A stretch of DNA of 63,759 nucleotides, filler included, from Phoronis australis (Eukaryota > Animalia > Phoronida), in assembly GCA_002633005.1 (NCBI GenBank). It is 7 parts of 7 records of this genome, joined end to end, with 100 filler letters (N's around TTAATTAATTAA, not from the genome) between each part and the next. Parts side by side here need not be neighbours in the genome. Positions count along the whole stretch, not along the records: positions 17,306 to 46,400 come from NMRA01000005.1; 6 more parts are not named here. One strand, 5' to 3'. The notes under the pieces are model-generated. The model made no database searches. It was not told where the DNA came from and saw only the letters and a program-made list of their open reading frames with translations. Shown piece after piece: positions 25,846 to 38,245 of the stretch (position 1 is the first letter of the stretch; each line of letters starts with the position of its first letter). Made by a program: the position numbers and the translations under genes.

Positions 25846-25932
25846 CTAGACAGCAGTAACCTCGTTGTAAGATGGCGGCTGACTGTGTTTGATTGGTTCG
25901 TCCACATCCGGTCGGAAAAGTACTTTGACTCT
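25846..25932 (-). CDS. SLC6A1: SLC6 last coding exon (RVKVLFRPD...[10 protein letters not shown])
   Basis: Acceptor TTTCAG, phase 0 matches the previous exon ending TPGTWRQ, TAG stop at 25846-25848. Confidence 0.7.
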   Translation of the reverse strand, partial: RVKVLFRPDVDEPIKHSQPPSYNEVTAV

Positions 25933-28900
25933 CTGAAATCGATTGGAAAGTACATGAAACAAACCGTTGCGCATTACCTGGGCCCGGTCTCCAATCTCCG
26001 TACTCAGACTCGAATCATGCTCAAACTCACATTTCATACTCAACTCGAGTACAGACTCAGCTTTGGTGTATTCAATGTCATACTCGAAAAATCTGTACTC
26101 GAAATTTCGAGCACGTACTCAGTTTTCGNGCATTGTGATCCCTTGTCGGCGAGTCATAACAAGCGTCGAAAGCAGTTGTGGGAAAAGTCGTGTGAGAAGT
26201 TTGTGCTGCCCTTATTTTGGCATGTGTGCCTACGTTTTGTAGGGTTTCCAAAAGGCGACGAGGGGAGAGAAGTTTAAAAAACTTCGCTGCTCTGTCAGGT
26301 ACATTTCTTATCATAACTTAGTCATTTATAATTCCTCAATCCGCAAATGGAATTTCAGATTTTGTTTGCCGATTTCTAAGTAGATGTCTCGTCCCGTTCA
26401 CTGCCACTGGTGAACTCTGAATGCCTGCACAAGTATTGTTTTTTAACTCACGTGCCAAATGTCAACTCATTTGATACATTCCGTACAGTAGCAAAGTTTG
26501 ACATCAGCGTAGGCCTACACAGCAATGGGTTTTATGTCAAGACTAAATTAGCAACAGAGATGTGATGTGATAAGCTGTTACAAATTTCTTGAGACATTTT
26601 CGGGACTGGGTGAGGAACTCAAGAAGTAAAGCTTAATAATTGCCAAATGTATCAAAGAAATGGCATAAGAATATTTATTGAAACTAAAAAATGAATAACA
26701 GTTACAGAACGACTCAGAATTCTACGTTATAGACATACTCTTGTAGTTGTAGCGACAGCAGACGATAATGTAGGCCTAGTTCTTGGGGTGGTCTATTCCA
26801 GTAGGGACCGATGAATCAGCGCGGCTTTGCGTGATTTCGCATTTCACATCATAAAGAGTTCCATAGCAACTCGAGTATGAGTGTCAGATTTGAGTACGTT
26901 TGGAGTCTACTCGAAATACGACATTAGATACGCTTTTTCGAGTACGACTCCAGTGAGCACGATTTTGAGTATGAAATCTCGAGTATGAGTATGAGTCTGA
27001 GTACGGAGATTGGAGACCGGGCCCAGTGGTCTCCGAAACCTATTTATGAGCACTCCACAACTAGAGGCACGTTAGCCACACAAATGGCTTCGGCAGACCC
27101 GTAAATGAAGAAATATTTTAATTTATGTCTAACATGTCTCACTCTTCTGCTTTATCGCATTAGTAATTTGGATCCAATCAGCTACCAAGAAAATAAGGCA
27201 TATGCTATAATATTTTCATTGAAACTACTTCATGCAAGGGTTATATAGTTTTCTAGGATGGGTCCTCCATACGCACGCGTAGTGTCAACGCCTAACCGGC
27301 TTCCACGAATTCAATGCCCCAATTTATGTCTTCACGCAGTCGATTTAAGTTCACCGAGCTTTCAAAACTTGACCTTGATACCACGTGAACTTTCTACAAG
27401 TTAATTTTTAAGACAACTATCCGCTCGCGGCTCGGGCCTTCGCATAGCTGCAAACGCTATTTCTCTCTTGAAAACGAATATCCCCGACCACTATTAATGT
27501 CTATCAGACATATTATTTCTACCGAGCATTAATTCCCGGACTGCCCGCAGAAGCTATTCCATGAAGCCGTGCCTTCACTCGAACCACTTCTCATGACCTG
27601 GCTTAAAATTTCTACGCACAAATCAACTGTAAAAAGTTAAACTTTTTACTTTTAAACACATTCCCACCACTTTTCCAAGATTCACTTTAAACAGAATCAT
27701 TTCACAACTACTGATATAGAGATTAAAGCAAAAACGAATCAATTACTAAGTCAGTTGACAACGAGGTTATGGACAATGACACTCACAGTGCTACTGAACT
27801 CATTTTGCGCTCAACAATGTCGGATGTCCTCGAATGCTATGAGAATCGATACTTTTTGCAATAAAATTTAAACTAAATGACATTCACAGTATGTAGTGTG
27901 AGAAACACTATTCTTATCTGATTTCAAGATATTTAAACTATTTATTTAAAAAAAATAATGAACAGCAACGTAAAATATTCAGGCAGCTTGATTGACGAGT
28001 TTGTCCATGAGTGGAAAGAGGTAACGCGGATATGGATAGTGTACGGGAGCAGAGGACAGTACGCGAGCAAAGAAATGTGTCCGCGAGATGGAAAAAGTGG
28101 TCTGGGAGGGAAATGCGCGTCCGCGAGAGAGGAATGTGTGGCACGTAAAGACCCGAGCGGGCAATGAAGTTTAGCTGCCTTGCTATTTCAAAACTGTAAA
28201 TGGTAAGCATTTTCGGAGTTTATGAAACTTGTCGAGTAGGACTGAGTGGTTGCTAGTGACGTTTCAAAAAGCCTACCTGTCTCCAGGTTCCAGGAGTGGC
28301 GATAAAAATGTAGACGGCGTATACAGGCGGTATTACAATAGAAGACAGCGCCATAAACCAGCCGATCATGACACCCCACCATGGATATTCGTATTCCAAA
28401 TACTTGACAGGTTTGTGTTGAACGTAGCTGAATATAAGAACACCCTGCGGAAGAGAAAAAACGTTATGATGTCTCATTGGCGTGAGTAAAATTAATGCGT
28501 GCGCATGCTCCCTCCCCCTTCTTTACAATGGCACACAAAGCTCTTGAGATCTGAATCTGACACACGTTCCATCTTTGGCAATGATCACGTCTAACGGCCA
28601 TATTGGTTTTCCTTCGGCCTAACAAGATGGTGGTCGAATCATAGCGCTTCGCATCTTGATCTGATGTACGTCTAGATCTTCTGTAGTTCAGCAACAAAGT
28701 TGGCGAGGAACAGGTTGGGGTCATTTTGCGGTGATGACACGTGGCTATTTTGCAGAAGTGCTGAATTCGTTGGGACTCTAAAGCCGTGTGCTATGAACCG
28801 TCTTCCCTCACAAAAACCAACTTAAACCACTTACCGTAGTGAAATTATTCTCAAATTGTCCCTTAGTCAAAGCTGATATGCAGAATAATGGGAACTGTTT

Positions 28901-31900
28901 CATGAAACGTGGCTTCAAGACTTAAGTCAGAAACTTGGTCTAACGCTCCAAACAACTAATTTGAAAAATAACCAAACCTCACTTCCAAGGTACCTAAACT
29001 CGGTTAACGGACGCATAAACACGGTCACGGACGCATGAACACGACTCACGTACCTGCAAACATCGTTCACTGACTCACAAACACGATCCATTCACCCAAA
29101 TACACGGACACGGGCTCACACAGTCAAGAAGAAACATGTTTAACGGACCGCCAAACACGAGTCACGGAATACATCGGCTTCCCGGGGTCAGCTGACATCT
29201 ATATTTTGTCCGTAAACCGTGTTTGGCGGTCCGTTAACCGTGTTTCGTTAATGTGAGTCTGTGTCCCGTGTATTTGGGTGAATGAATCGTGTTTTGTGAG
29301 TCCGTTCCCGTGTTTGTGAGTCAGTGAACGGTGCTTGCAGGTACGTGAGTCGTGTTCATGCGTCCGTGCCCGTGTTCATGAGTACGTTAACCGTGTAGTT
29401 TAGGAACCTTGACTTCAGCAAAAGTACAAAGCACCTAGTGGTCTAAACCAAAATCTCGTTTCTTACTACCGATTTGACGTCGCCGGGTAAGGGCAAGTGG
29501 TCTCAACTAGAAAGACTTAAAGATGCATAGTCTCGTTAAATTGTGGATATGCAACTGAAATACAAATTTACAAGCGAACCCGGGTCCTCAAGCGTGCCGG
29601 AAACGGCATCCGAGAACCGGTTACCGTTTCAATCTCGCAAACGGCAGTCTCGTTTTGGGAGTCTATTGTTATGTAAATGAGTGTGGTAATATATCATGGT
29701 TACCCAAAAGATGCAAGGCACAGTTTTTATTATTTGTTTATTTCACTATCAAATAACGAATGAGTAAACTTTGGAATTACTAGGGTTTTTTATAGTTAAG
29801 TGTATCAGTTGTAGTGTTTTCTTTAAAATCGCAATTTGCCTACAAACTTTTCTTTTTCTGATTATACTTGTACACACAATTCTCCAGGAAGTCACTGGGT
29901 GGCGCTTGCTACAAATTTAAATATTCACGGTTTTAATGAGACATAGCATCTTTAATGTTTGCTCTCGGTAAAGCTGGATAAAGGTATAACTGTTAAGGAA
30001 CCGGCACAACTTACCACACATATGAGAGGAGTGAAGCCAACCCAGCACAGCTTCCACCATATAAACGGGTAGTAGCCAATCATATCGCGTATGTTGTCAT
30101 AGAAACGATTTACTCCTGCAAAATGAGCATGACCCATCAACGTCATTGATATTTCGTCAAATCATAGATCACAACCGAGAATACGCGAGAATTCACAATT
30201 CCAGTTACAATACAAATAATTCAAAATTCAAAATGCCGTACGAACTTGGACGAAACATCCTACTTTTATAATTTTTTGATTCGTGCATTTTTCTTTGTGC
30301 TATTTCAATGTAAACATCATCAGCACACAGTATTGTAGAAGGTGTGATTGTTATCTGAACCCAACGCGCACGAGAGGCGCACCAGAAAACAAATAAGTGT
30401 TGACGTTTAGCCTCACCGTACGACCAAGAGAAGGCGACACATTCGAAAAATATCAGGAAGAGCAAGCACATGCCACTGGCAGAGTAGTAGTCGAAGAGTT
30501 GGAACACAAACATTCCTCCCTGAAACAAAACGCAGCGCATCACAAAGGTGTGCCGGTACGTGTCGCTCAGGTGGGTGACTTTTTTACGACCGAATTCACT
30601 ACAAGTACGTGTCTTTTCTGACAAAATTTCCGAGGTAAGAGTGCATCACACCATTTGATTCCTTACGAAAAGGTTAACTTTAGGAGTTCGAAACTACAGG
30701 GTTCTTTTCAACTGCAAAAATTAACAGACTTGTGATATCACCTGTAGTAAAAAAATTAAATTCGAAAATTAAATGATTTTTGACAACATGGCATCTATTC
30801 TTGCACTTTCATATAAAAGGGTTAAGTTTATGGAATTAGCCCTGGTAAAATTACAATGTTTCTGGAATAAAACCCAACGAAAGAGTGATTTTCATGAAAT
30901 CTCACGGTCGTTTTTTTTCAAGTCTACTCTCTAGTTATGCAAAATTGGTAACTTTATTTTCCACATGCACTTTCGTCAATAATATACCAGAATATCCTCC
31001 CGGGCAAACAAATGCTCGTTACACGGGAAAAGTCTTGCAGCTTTCCAACACAGTGTCTGAGTGTCACGATTTAATTCACCAAATGTACAGCGTCTTTGCA
31101 ATACGCTGGTCATCAGGTACAGATCCTAGGAGAAATGCTATGCGTTACAAACCGAGTAAACTCCTGTCCACCAAGGTCTGCGCATTGCCGGATTGTAAAA
31201 ACCGCATTAACATTTTTAATTAGGGTGGTTGCAATATATAGTAGGAGAGTGTCATTGGCCCGAATTATCCAAGATATGATCCGCGTCAAAGTTTGCAAAT
31301 GTGATAATATCTTCGCAATGGTCGCTGGTGTCAAAAAAATTTCCTGGAATTTAAATGAATGTCGTTGGCATTACCTGACAAATCATCGAGAGACCAACGA
31401 GATAGGAAACGCCGCAGACGACAGCAATGAAGATTTCCTTTCGCTTACGAAGGTACTGGGGCCACTCGTCGACGCAAGCCGTTATAAAGCCCTCCATGGT
31501 GACAAACTAAAATGATGAAGGTATGTAATCCAACAGTGACATTAACTAATCTTCTATAATAGACAATGACTATGTTATCTCCCCTGTGGTATTTACATAC
31601 ACTGTCGTAGTTCTCAGTTGTGTTCAGTGGTTCTCATAATCTTACTTACCGTTCTATACTGTGCTTCAATCTTCAACATGTTAACTTTTTATCAAGTAAA
31701 TGTTACTGAGCAAAAACCATACGCATGCGCGCACCCAGCTTTCAATATGGGGGGCTCGAATTCCTGACGTTGTGGACCTTTTGCAAAAACGGGAGCACCA
31801 CTGTGAATTGTTCGTTTGCGCTTGTTTAGTGGACTTTTGTGCCACTTTCTCGCACTTTTTGTCTCTCAGAGGCGTTCGAGCCCCCCCCCCCCAAGCCCCC

Positions 31901-34900
31901 CCTGGGTGCGTGCATGCATACGATTGGTGATTCCAACAGCAGTCATTCATAATAACCTACTGACGGGGTTTTCTAAGGATTCCCCGGCAGTCGATCCACG
32001 AGGAGAGCAGCGTGAAAAACAAATTGTGTTCATTGAAGAATAAGGATCTGTTTTAAAACCACAAGAAATGTAAAAGAATATATTCAAATATTAACAGTTA
32101 ATCAATGTGCTTATTTATTGACTTAAAATCGTGTTACGAATTAAATGTCGTCGAACTCTTTTTTGTCGCATAAACCCGGTTCTAACATAGTCACACAATG
32201 AAACTACACATTTACAGACAAAACCATAACTCGTGGATTTAATGCTGCGAATTGGGCACGGTTACAACATATTTACAATTTTATAGATTTAAACTTTAGT
32301 AAAGTTGAACACCACACGACGGACTACGTTATTCTGCATGCGGACTCACAGAAATGTAGCAGATTTGACATGTTGTTTGACTCGTCTTAATGTAGTTGGT
32401 AAACCAACCCTTAAAAGCGATGGCAACCTTTTTTATGTCATTTTTAGCAAAAATAAGGCTCGTTGATTATCCCAGACATAATTTTCACTTATTTACTGCT
32501 TTTCGTAATTTAATTAATTACTCGTCGTCTCCGGAAGTGACGTTTTGGGAGGCAAGAATTTCGCGCCAATTTCCTTTCATATAGTCTGACTGTGAGAGCA
32601 GCAGCGGACGAGTAATTTATAAAAAATACGAAAAGCTGTAATTAAGTGGAAAATATGTCTAAGATAACCAACCAACCTTATTTTAGCTCAAANGTGTCAC
32701 CACGTCTGTCTTCAGTAGCCGCCTCGTTTCTCTCAACAGCTGCCTGTGCCTGTGTGTACTCTGCCTCGTTGTACTCGGGCTCAAACATGTACCCACCCAC
32801 TGAATGTCCGTGAAAAAATTCCTCGTCACCACTGCTGTGAACAAGGTCTCCGTCACTCACACTACTGTCACTGTGATACGGGTCACCGACTCCAGCCATT
32901 TTCAGCTTACAACACACTAAACAATCCCTAAATCCAACGCAGTTGAGTTCTCTACTAACCTATCTTGCCGCAGAATACTCGCCGATGGAAAGTGGTGGCG
33001 ACAATTGGTGAAAAATAGCACAAAACAAAAGTAGAATAGAACAGATTCGCACAGTAAGCTCAACGCAAAACCAAGTGGCGGGAAGCGCTTGCCTCCTAAA
33101 ACGTCACTTCCGGAAAAGCGGACGAGTAATTAATAAAATTTCGAAAAGCTGTAATTAAGTGAAAAATATGTCTAGGATAACCCGCAACCAACCTTATTTT
33201 AGCTCAAAATGACATGGAAAAAGGTTGCCTTCGCCTTTAACTAATAAATTGCAGTGGTAACAGGATTGTATTTAACATAATTGCAAGAAAGGACCAGATA
33301 GCATCCAAACAGGACTAAAGTTTATTGACAGGGAAGCCAGAACTTGTTGAGCTCTCTGGTTTTCAGTACATTGTTGTCTCCGAATCCCAAAACTAACTGT
33401 CAGCTGGTAAAATACACGTGAGCGCTACCACAAGGCTAGGCTGATGAATAGGCTACCGGAAGTTGAGACATTGCACGGTTCGCGTACCTGATGGGTAATA
33501 TGAAAAAATAAATAAAAACACGTTACATGTGACTGAATTCTGGTTGGTAAACTATACAGTTAGCTGCGAATAAACTATCTATTTCGTTAGCTTAGTCTAG
33601 TGAGACTCAATAAAAATGACGTGGCGGAAGTGCTGCGATTCGCTTCGTTGCTAGACTGAAAACCTTCCGCTGATAGCATCTCCGCTCGGGATGCACGCTC
33701 ACGAATTTCAGACCTTCTTGAAACGATGCGACGCAACTTACCTGAGGCCGCTACGTCACTAACATTCTTCCCTTGTTGATCAGCCATAAACCCAATCACG
33801 GAGAAGATAACAAAACCGGCGAACATGCTCGTGCACGAATTAATGGAGGCTAGAATCAGGCAGTCTCTGAAAGGAGCACAGAGATCAAAGACCGGATGCT
33901 CCATTGGCATTGATGTTGTCTGAACATGAATACACGTTATGTCTACTGTTGTAGCCTTTCAATACTGTGGGCTGAATTACAGTTCAGTCGAAACGTCGTT
34001 CTCTCCAAAGGAGCAAGTGGAGACACCATAGATATTTGCTAAGCACTATTACTACTTGACTTTCTACAGCACACGAACATCTTCAGTTACAGTTTTCAAT
34101 ACTGTCGATGATGAATGAGGTGTTCAGTCGAAACGTCTTAGTCCCGTAATGAGTAATCTTAGAGTATTTCGTAATTGTATTTGAATAACTGGACTAATTA
34201 CATTCCATGAGCGAAGATAAAAATGATGCCACCTCATTCTGGGTTGAACATTATGTATTATGTATTTAAACCAGCAGTTCCTTGTTGCGCAATTGGGATT
34301 TTGTATTTTGGAATCGGCTGCGTGCGCCTTTGTTTCAAGTGGCTATAAGCCCGCGTTCCGTCCAAGAAGCGAAGTTTTTATTAAGACCACTTATAGACCT
34401 TATTCACGCAGTCACCATATTAGTAGTGAGACTCTTTTTAAGTTTAAAAAAACAACGCATTTTAGACATGGATGTAACGAGGCACATAAAAATCACACTT
34501 TGCGCTGTATTTAAGCATAAAATGCATTGTTTTTAAAAACCTAAAAAGAGGCTCACTTTTAAAATGGCGGCTGCGTGAATACGATGTTTACTGCTATGAA
34601 ATTGCTCTCAGCTAGTTCGTAACTCAGGAGAAAAGTGAACTCACAATTTGTTATTCTTTGAGACCCTACTCGGGCCATAGAATGACACTCTATGACAAGA
34701 CAACGTGTAGTGCCTGGGTGGAGTTCATTAAGCTAGGACCTCACTAAAAAGCAAGACTTCGCGAGATTACGTGAGATATTGCCGTGCATTTCAAATAAGA
34801 ATTAGTGACTTTGGCTAAATTTTAGCGAGGTCCAAGTGCAGGTCCTGGCGTTACTGAACTCTACCCTGGTCTCAAGCAATAACGATTTGTCAGTTCTTTA

Positions 34901-37900
34901 AAAGCACTGTAATCGCCTCTTAATTTGACAAAAAAAAAACAAATTGAGAACAATTTCATAACGGTAAGTGGCCTAAATCAAAAGTTGATTTTTGCGGTGG
35001 AAGGCAAGTTTATAGCCGCTGAAATAAAAACTAACGTTTACATGATGAGCATTTTTACCTGTATACATTATTGTGATACTTGTTGTAGCTCCCCAAAGCG
35101 ATGACAGCTCCCAAACCGAGGCCGTAGGAGAAGAAGATTTGGGTAGCAGCATCAATCCATACCTAGAAAAGCATATTTCTTGTTGAAGTGGTGCAATTCT
35201 TAAACACAGAGGAGACACAGTCTTCTGGAAACAATATTCATTGACTGACAACTCGTAGCTTGGACGTGCTTAGAAAGTCACATTCTGTTGCTGTGAAATT
35301 TATGACTAGACGAAGGCCACAATAAGCCTGCTGTATCTCTGTATCTAGGTATACTGAATTTTCTAATACTTGACTGAGCTAAGATAAATGGCTGCTTTAT
35401 GCCAGTACCGGCCCACTGCCATCATGGTACGATTCAAAATGATGAAGATCGAAACTGTACGAGCTTTATAAGAAAACAGAAGATTAAAAATGAGCTAACA
35501 AATTTTGATAGTATGCTGTGCTTGTTCTCAGTTGTGCTTATTAATTAAAATGAGAAAGAACATTGGTAGATTAATAAAGCTAGTCATATCATAGGCGGAT
35601 CCAGTGGTGTCAAGGCAGTCCGGAGCCCCTTTTTCTCTTTATTGTATAATTCTAGAATTTTCAAATTGTTGACTTGGACATCCCTTTAATCCTTGATCCG
35701 ACCCCCCCCCTTTAAAAATCCTGGATCCGCCCCTGCATATTTCTGACTGCGTTTGCTCTTCACGAAGTCGGAAGCTCCTTTCGTGTTGCCAGAAGGAGGC
35801 CACAATAGTACGTACTTGTGAGTCGAGGAGTTTCTCCGGTTTGGGCAGCACGTAGTAGAGTATGCCATCGCCGGCACCCTTAAGGGTGATTCCCCGGATG
35901 AATAGGATAAAGAGAAGGACAAATGGAAAAACTGCCGTAAAGTACACCACCTGAAAAGAACGGGTAGAATGTAGCCGTACCTAATATTAGTCCTGTCCGC
36001 TTTCAGTCGTCAACAAGTCGCCCCTTTATGGCCGAGTTATTAGACCTCCGGTTGACTGACTGAGAATTACAGACCTTAAAAGTTCAAAACCTACCGCAAA
36101 AGTTTGTTCCATGTGCTGTTCAAAGTTGGATATCATTATATTTTTCTCGACACTGGACTTAAGATGGGTCAGTCGCGTTGCACGCGTCGAGAAAACTTTC
36201 AGATTTCTCGCAATGTCACGGGTCAGGTTTTGAGTCGAATTTCAGTTTGGTTGTATTGGGTCTAAGCATCACATTGAGCCCGCTGAGGCTATGAGTTCGA
36301 ATGCGTCTTGTGGCTGGTAGAAAAAAACAAATTGTCCCCGCGCCGACTATGTCATTTTAATGTCATTTGTTTCAAACTACTGTCATGGTCTAACGCATGG
36401 CGTATGCTACGTCACGTCTCCTTTTAGAAAATGGCGATTAATATCTTTGAATTGGAAACTGTCTTCTCTAATTGACTATTTGTCATAATTTTTGGGTGAC
36501 TGTTCAAGGCCCAAAAATAGAATACGTAAAAAAGTTTCATATGAAAACCATTCATAGACGAGAACAAAGGTTTAGGCCTGTCTTGTTTTGTTTCTCATTA
36601 TTTTGCTGAAGAACATATGGTTGGGATGTTACTTACAGACAAGTTCAACTTTTAAGCGCCCCTCCAAATTTCTCAAGTGGCCTTCACTAAACACACCGCC
36701 ATTTATTCTAGAGCTGAATGTCATAGGAAGAAGATCACGACATGCTCCACTATTTTACCCGAGGGCATATGCAAAGTACAAACATGTCTTTTTATCAACA
36801 GCCGTACGCCCGGTCGTAGCTATGGACGGTTTTAATGGCGTTATTACACTAAGGCCGCGCAGCGTTTTTATGAGAGCACCATGTTCAGGTCGATATTTTT
36901 TCTTAAAGTACAGATTTGTTGACTACCTTCTCGAGTTACTTTTAATGAACTGTGTGCATATTAAAATCGAAGTTACTACAGCCTTTGCTAAAACCGGAAG
37001 TACGATAATATTTTGGATCCGTTTCTGGTTGTACTTCTACCAATTATCAGTAGCATGGGCGGCGCATCATAGAGAGCTGGGAGCCATAGCCTCGCACTTA
37101 TTCCAGTACTGCACTGCCCATAGTCTGCATAGGCGGCGCACCATTTGGGGCTGGGGAGGGGGGCTATAACCCCCACTTACTTCAGTACTGCGCCGCCCAT
37201 GAGCAGGGTTCTCAGTAAATTTTGGCTGCACAAATGCTCACCTTTCCGGTCCACTTTACACCTTTCCATATACAGAAGTAGCAAACGATCCACATGAACA
37301 AGAGCGTGAGAGCGAGTTGCCACCTTACGTCACCTGGTTCTTCTAATCCTGCCGAGATCTGAAGAACGTTGCGCCTGTAACGCAAGGGTACTTACAGAAC
37401 TCGTTCTCAGTACTTAGAGAAGTCATTGTCATAGCTATTCACGAACGCGTCTTCATGTCTCACACCCAAAAGATAATAATAATGGCTTGCACGCACCACT
37501 CTTCAAGACGACTACAAGAAGGTTATGTCGATGTTTGAAGGCCCGGGAGTGCAGACCATTACTGGATGTCAATTTAGTAACTCGTTACTCGTGTATTCTC
37601 TTCTAAGTTGACTTAGAGATGAAAGACACTTCAAGGCTATACTAAAGCTCAACATCGGCGTTTCAAAAAGCGTACAACTTCAAAATAGAACGAGAATGAA
37701 GCCAAAAATAACACGTTTGAGCTCCACTCCAACCACGCAACCAGTACTGTCTAAGCATAATAAACGAGAAAAGTTACATAAACTTGCTTGGAATAGCGGC
37801 TCGAGTTTTTGAACGTTGCAAAATGAAATCAAATCATTCGATACTCGATCTCCATCGTGTGTACGAGATGGCCCAAGGTGCTGTAGTCACGTTACCTTAA

Positions 37901-38245
37901 CGGCGCTCAATATATTTTCTACTTACTCCCAGAATTCTCTGACAGGGGAAGTATGATTTCCGTCGTCCGCTTCGCACGTGCCGTTGGCTATCGAAAAATT
38001 CAGCTGCGTTCCAGAGCCGAAGAGGTAAGAAGAGATGTCGGTGACGTTCGTCGAATTTGTTGAGTTCGTGCAGTTGGGCTTATTGTAGTCTGACCGGCAA
38101 CTGTCAGTGTTCCACCAATTTCCACACTGAGACCACGGCAGCACCAGAGCGAATGAAGATACGAGATAGTACAAAGCCCAGGCCAAGATGATGATGTAGT
38201 AAATATTCAGCCATGCAGCAATTACTGCTGCGGCAAAACCAACAC
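25846..38245 (-). CDS. SLC6A1: Sodium/chloride-dependent GABA transporter, GAT-1-like (SLC6), partial multi-exon gene
   Basis: Ten GT-AG exons: 38245-37927, 37374-37242, 35950-35816, 35162-35059, 33866-33742, 31506-31375, 30519-30417, 30115-30015, 28444-28277, 25932-25846. GAT-1 signature sequences include [39 protein letters not shown] and [11 protein letters not shown]1-2 exons and the EL4/TM8 exon were not found. Confidence 0.9.
25978..27026. mobile_element. About 1-kb MITE with 34-bp perfect TIR and TACTC/GAGTA subterminal repeats (PIF/Harbinger-like termini)
   Basis: CTGGGCCCGGTCTCCAATCTCCGTACTCAGACTC at the left end and its exact reverse complement at the right end. Confidence 0.85.
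28277..28444 (-). CDS. SLC6A1: SLC6 exon (TM12)
   Basis: [10 protein letters not shown]...[18 protein letters not shown]...TPGTWRQ with CAG/GT boundaries. Confidence 0.92.
28986..29411. mobile_element. Foldback element, arms of about 180 bp built from AACACG subrepeats, 5-bp TSD ACTTC
   Basis: Termini CAAGGTACCTAAACT / AGTTTAGGAACCTTG, with ACTTC at 28981-28985 and 29412-29416. Confidence 0.85.
30015..30115 (-). CDS. SLC6A1: SLC6 exon (IL5/TM11)
   Basis: [37 protein letters not shown] / GTAAGT. Confidence 0.93.
30417..30519 (-). CDS. SLC6A1: SLC6 exon (TM10)
   Basis: [38 protein letters not shown] / GTGAG. Confidence 0.93.
31375..31506 (-). CDS. SLC6A1: SLC6 exon (end of TM8 to TM9)
   Basis: [47 protein letters not shown] / GTAAT. 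Confidence 0.92.
31724..31916. mobile_element. MITE with CATGCGCGCACCCAG termini, TSD CATACG
   Basis: TIR CATGCGCGCACCCAG / CTGGGTGCGTGCATG, with CATACG on both sides. Confidence 0.75.
32415..33236 (+). mobile_element. Kolobok family B sequence, apparently two copies fused at a single N (32693), carrying a KolX-like stub on the minus strand
   Basis: TTAA flanks 32411-32414 and 33237-33240. A right TIR is cut at the N and a second right TIR follows. Minus [16 protein letters not shown]...[12 protein letters not shown] at 32694-32899. Confidence 0.8.
33742..33866 (-). CDS. SLC6A1: SLC6 exon (TM7)
   Basis: [45 protein letters not shown] / GTAAGT. Confidence 0.94.
33958..34137 (+). repeat. Two direct repeats (period about 137 bp) with a degenerate hammerhead-like core
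   Basis: TTCAATACTGT...TGAA...GTTCAGTCGAAACGTC occurs twice. Confidence 0.5.
35059..35162 (-). CDS. SLC6A1: SLC6 exon (TM6)
   Basis: [38 protein letters not shown] / GTAAA. Confidence 0.95.
35590..35735. mobile_element. MITE CATAGGCGGATCCAG...CTGGATCCGCCCCTG, 5-bp TSD CATAT
   Basis: TIRs plus CATAT at 35585-35589 and 35736-35740. Confidence 0.8.
35816..35950 (-). CDS. SLC6A1: SLC6 exon (TM5)
   Basis: [48 protein letters not shown] / GTACGT. Confidence 0.94.
37053..37201. mobile_element. MITE with CATGGGCGGCGCA termini (sister of 13530-13680)
   Basis: Perfect 13-bp TIR, flanks AGTAG / AGCAG (5-bp TSD with one mismatch). Confidence 0.7.
37242..37374 (-). CDS. SLC6A1: SLC6 exon (EL2/TM4)
   Basis: [47 protein letters not shown] / GTGAG. 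Confidence 0.94.
37927..38245 (-). CDS. SLC6A1: SLC6 exon (TM3/EL2)
   Basis: [45 protein letters not shown]...[11 protein letters not shown] / GTAAGT. Confidence 0.94.

Noticed and set aside
31958-32047. AG...GT-bounded minus-strand segment as the missing SLC6 exon
   Set aside because: Its translation has no similarity to GPGLAF...LGLDSQ and its phase does not restore the frame.
36588-37169. 193-aa plus-strand ORF in an SLC6 intron
   Set aside because: Non-ATG start, no recognisable domain, and it runs into a MITE.
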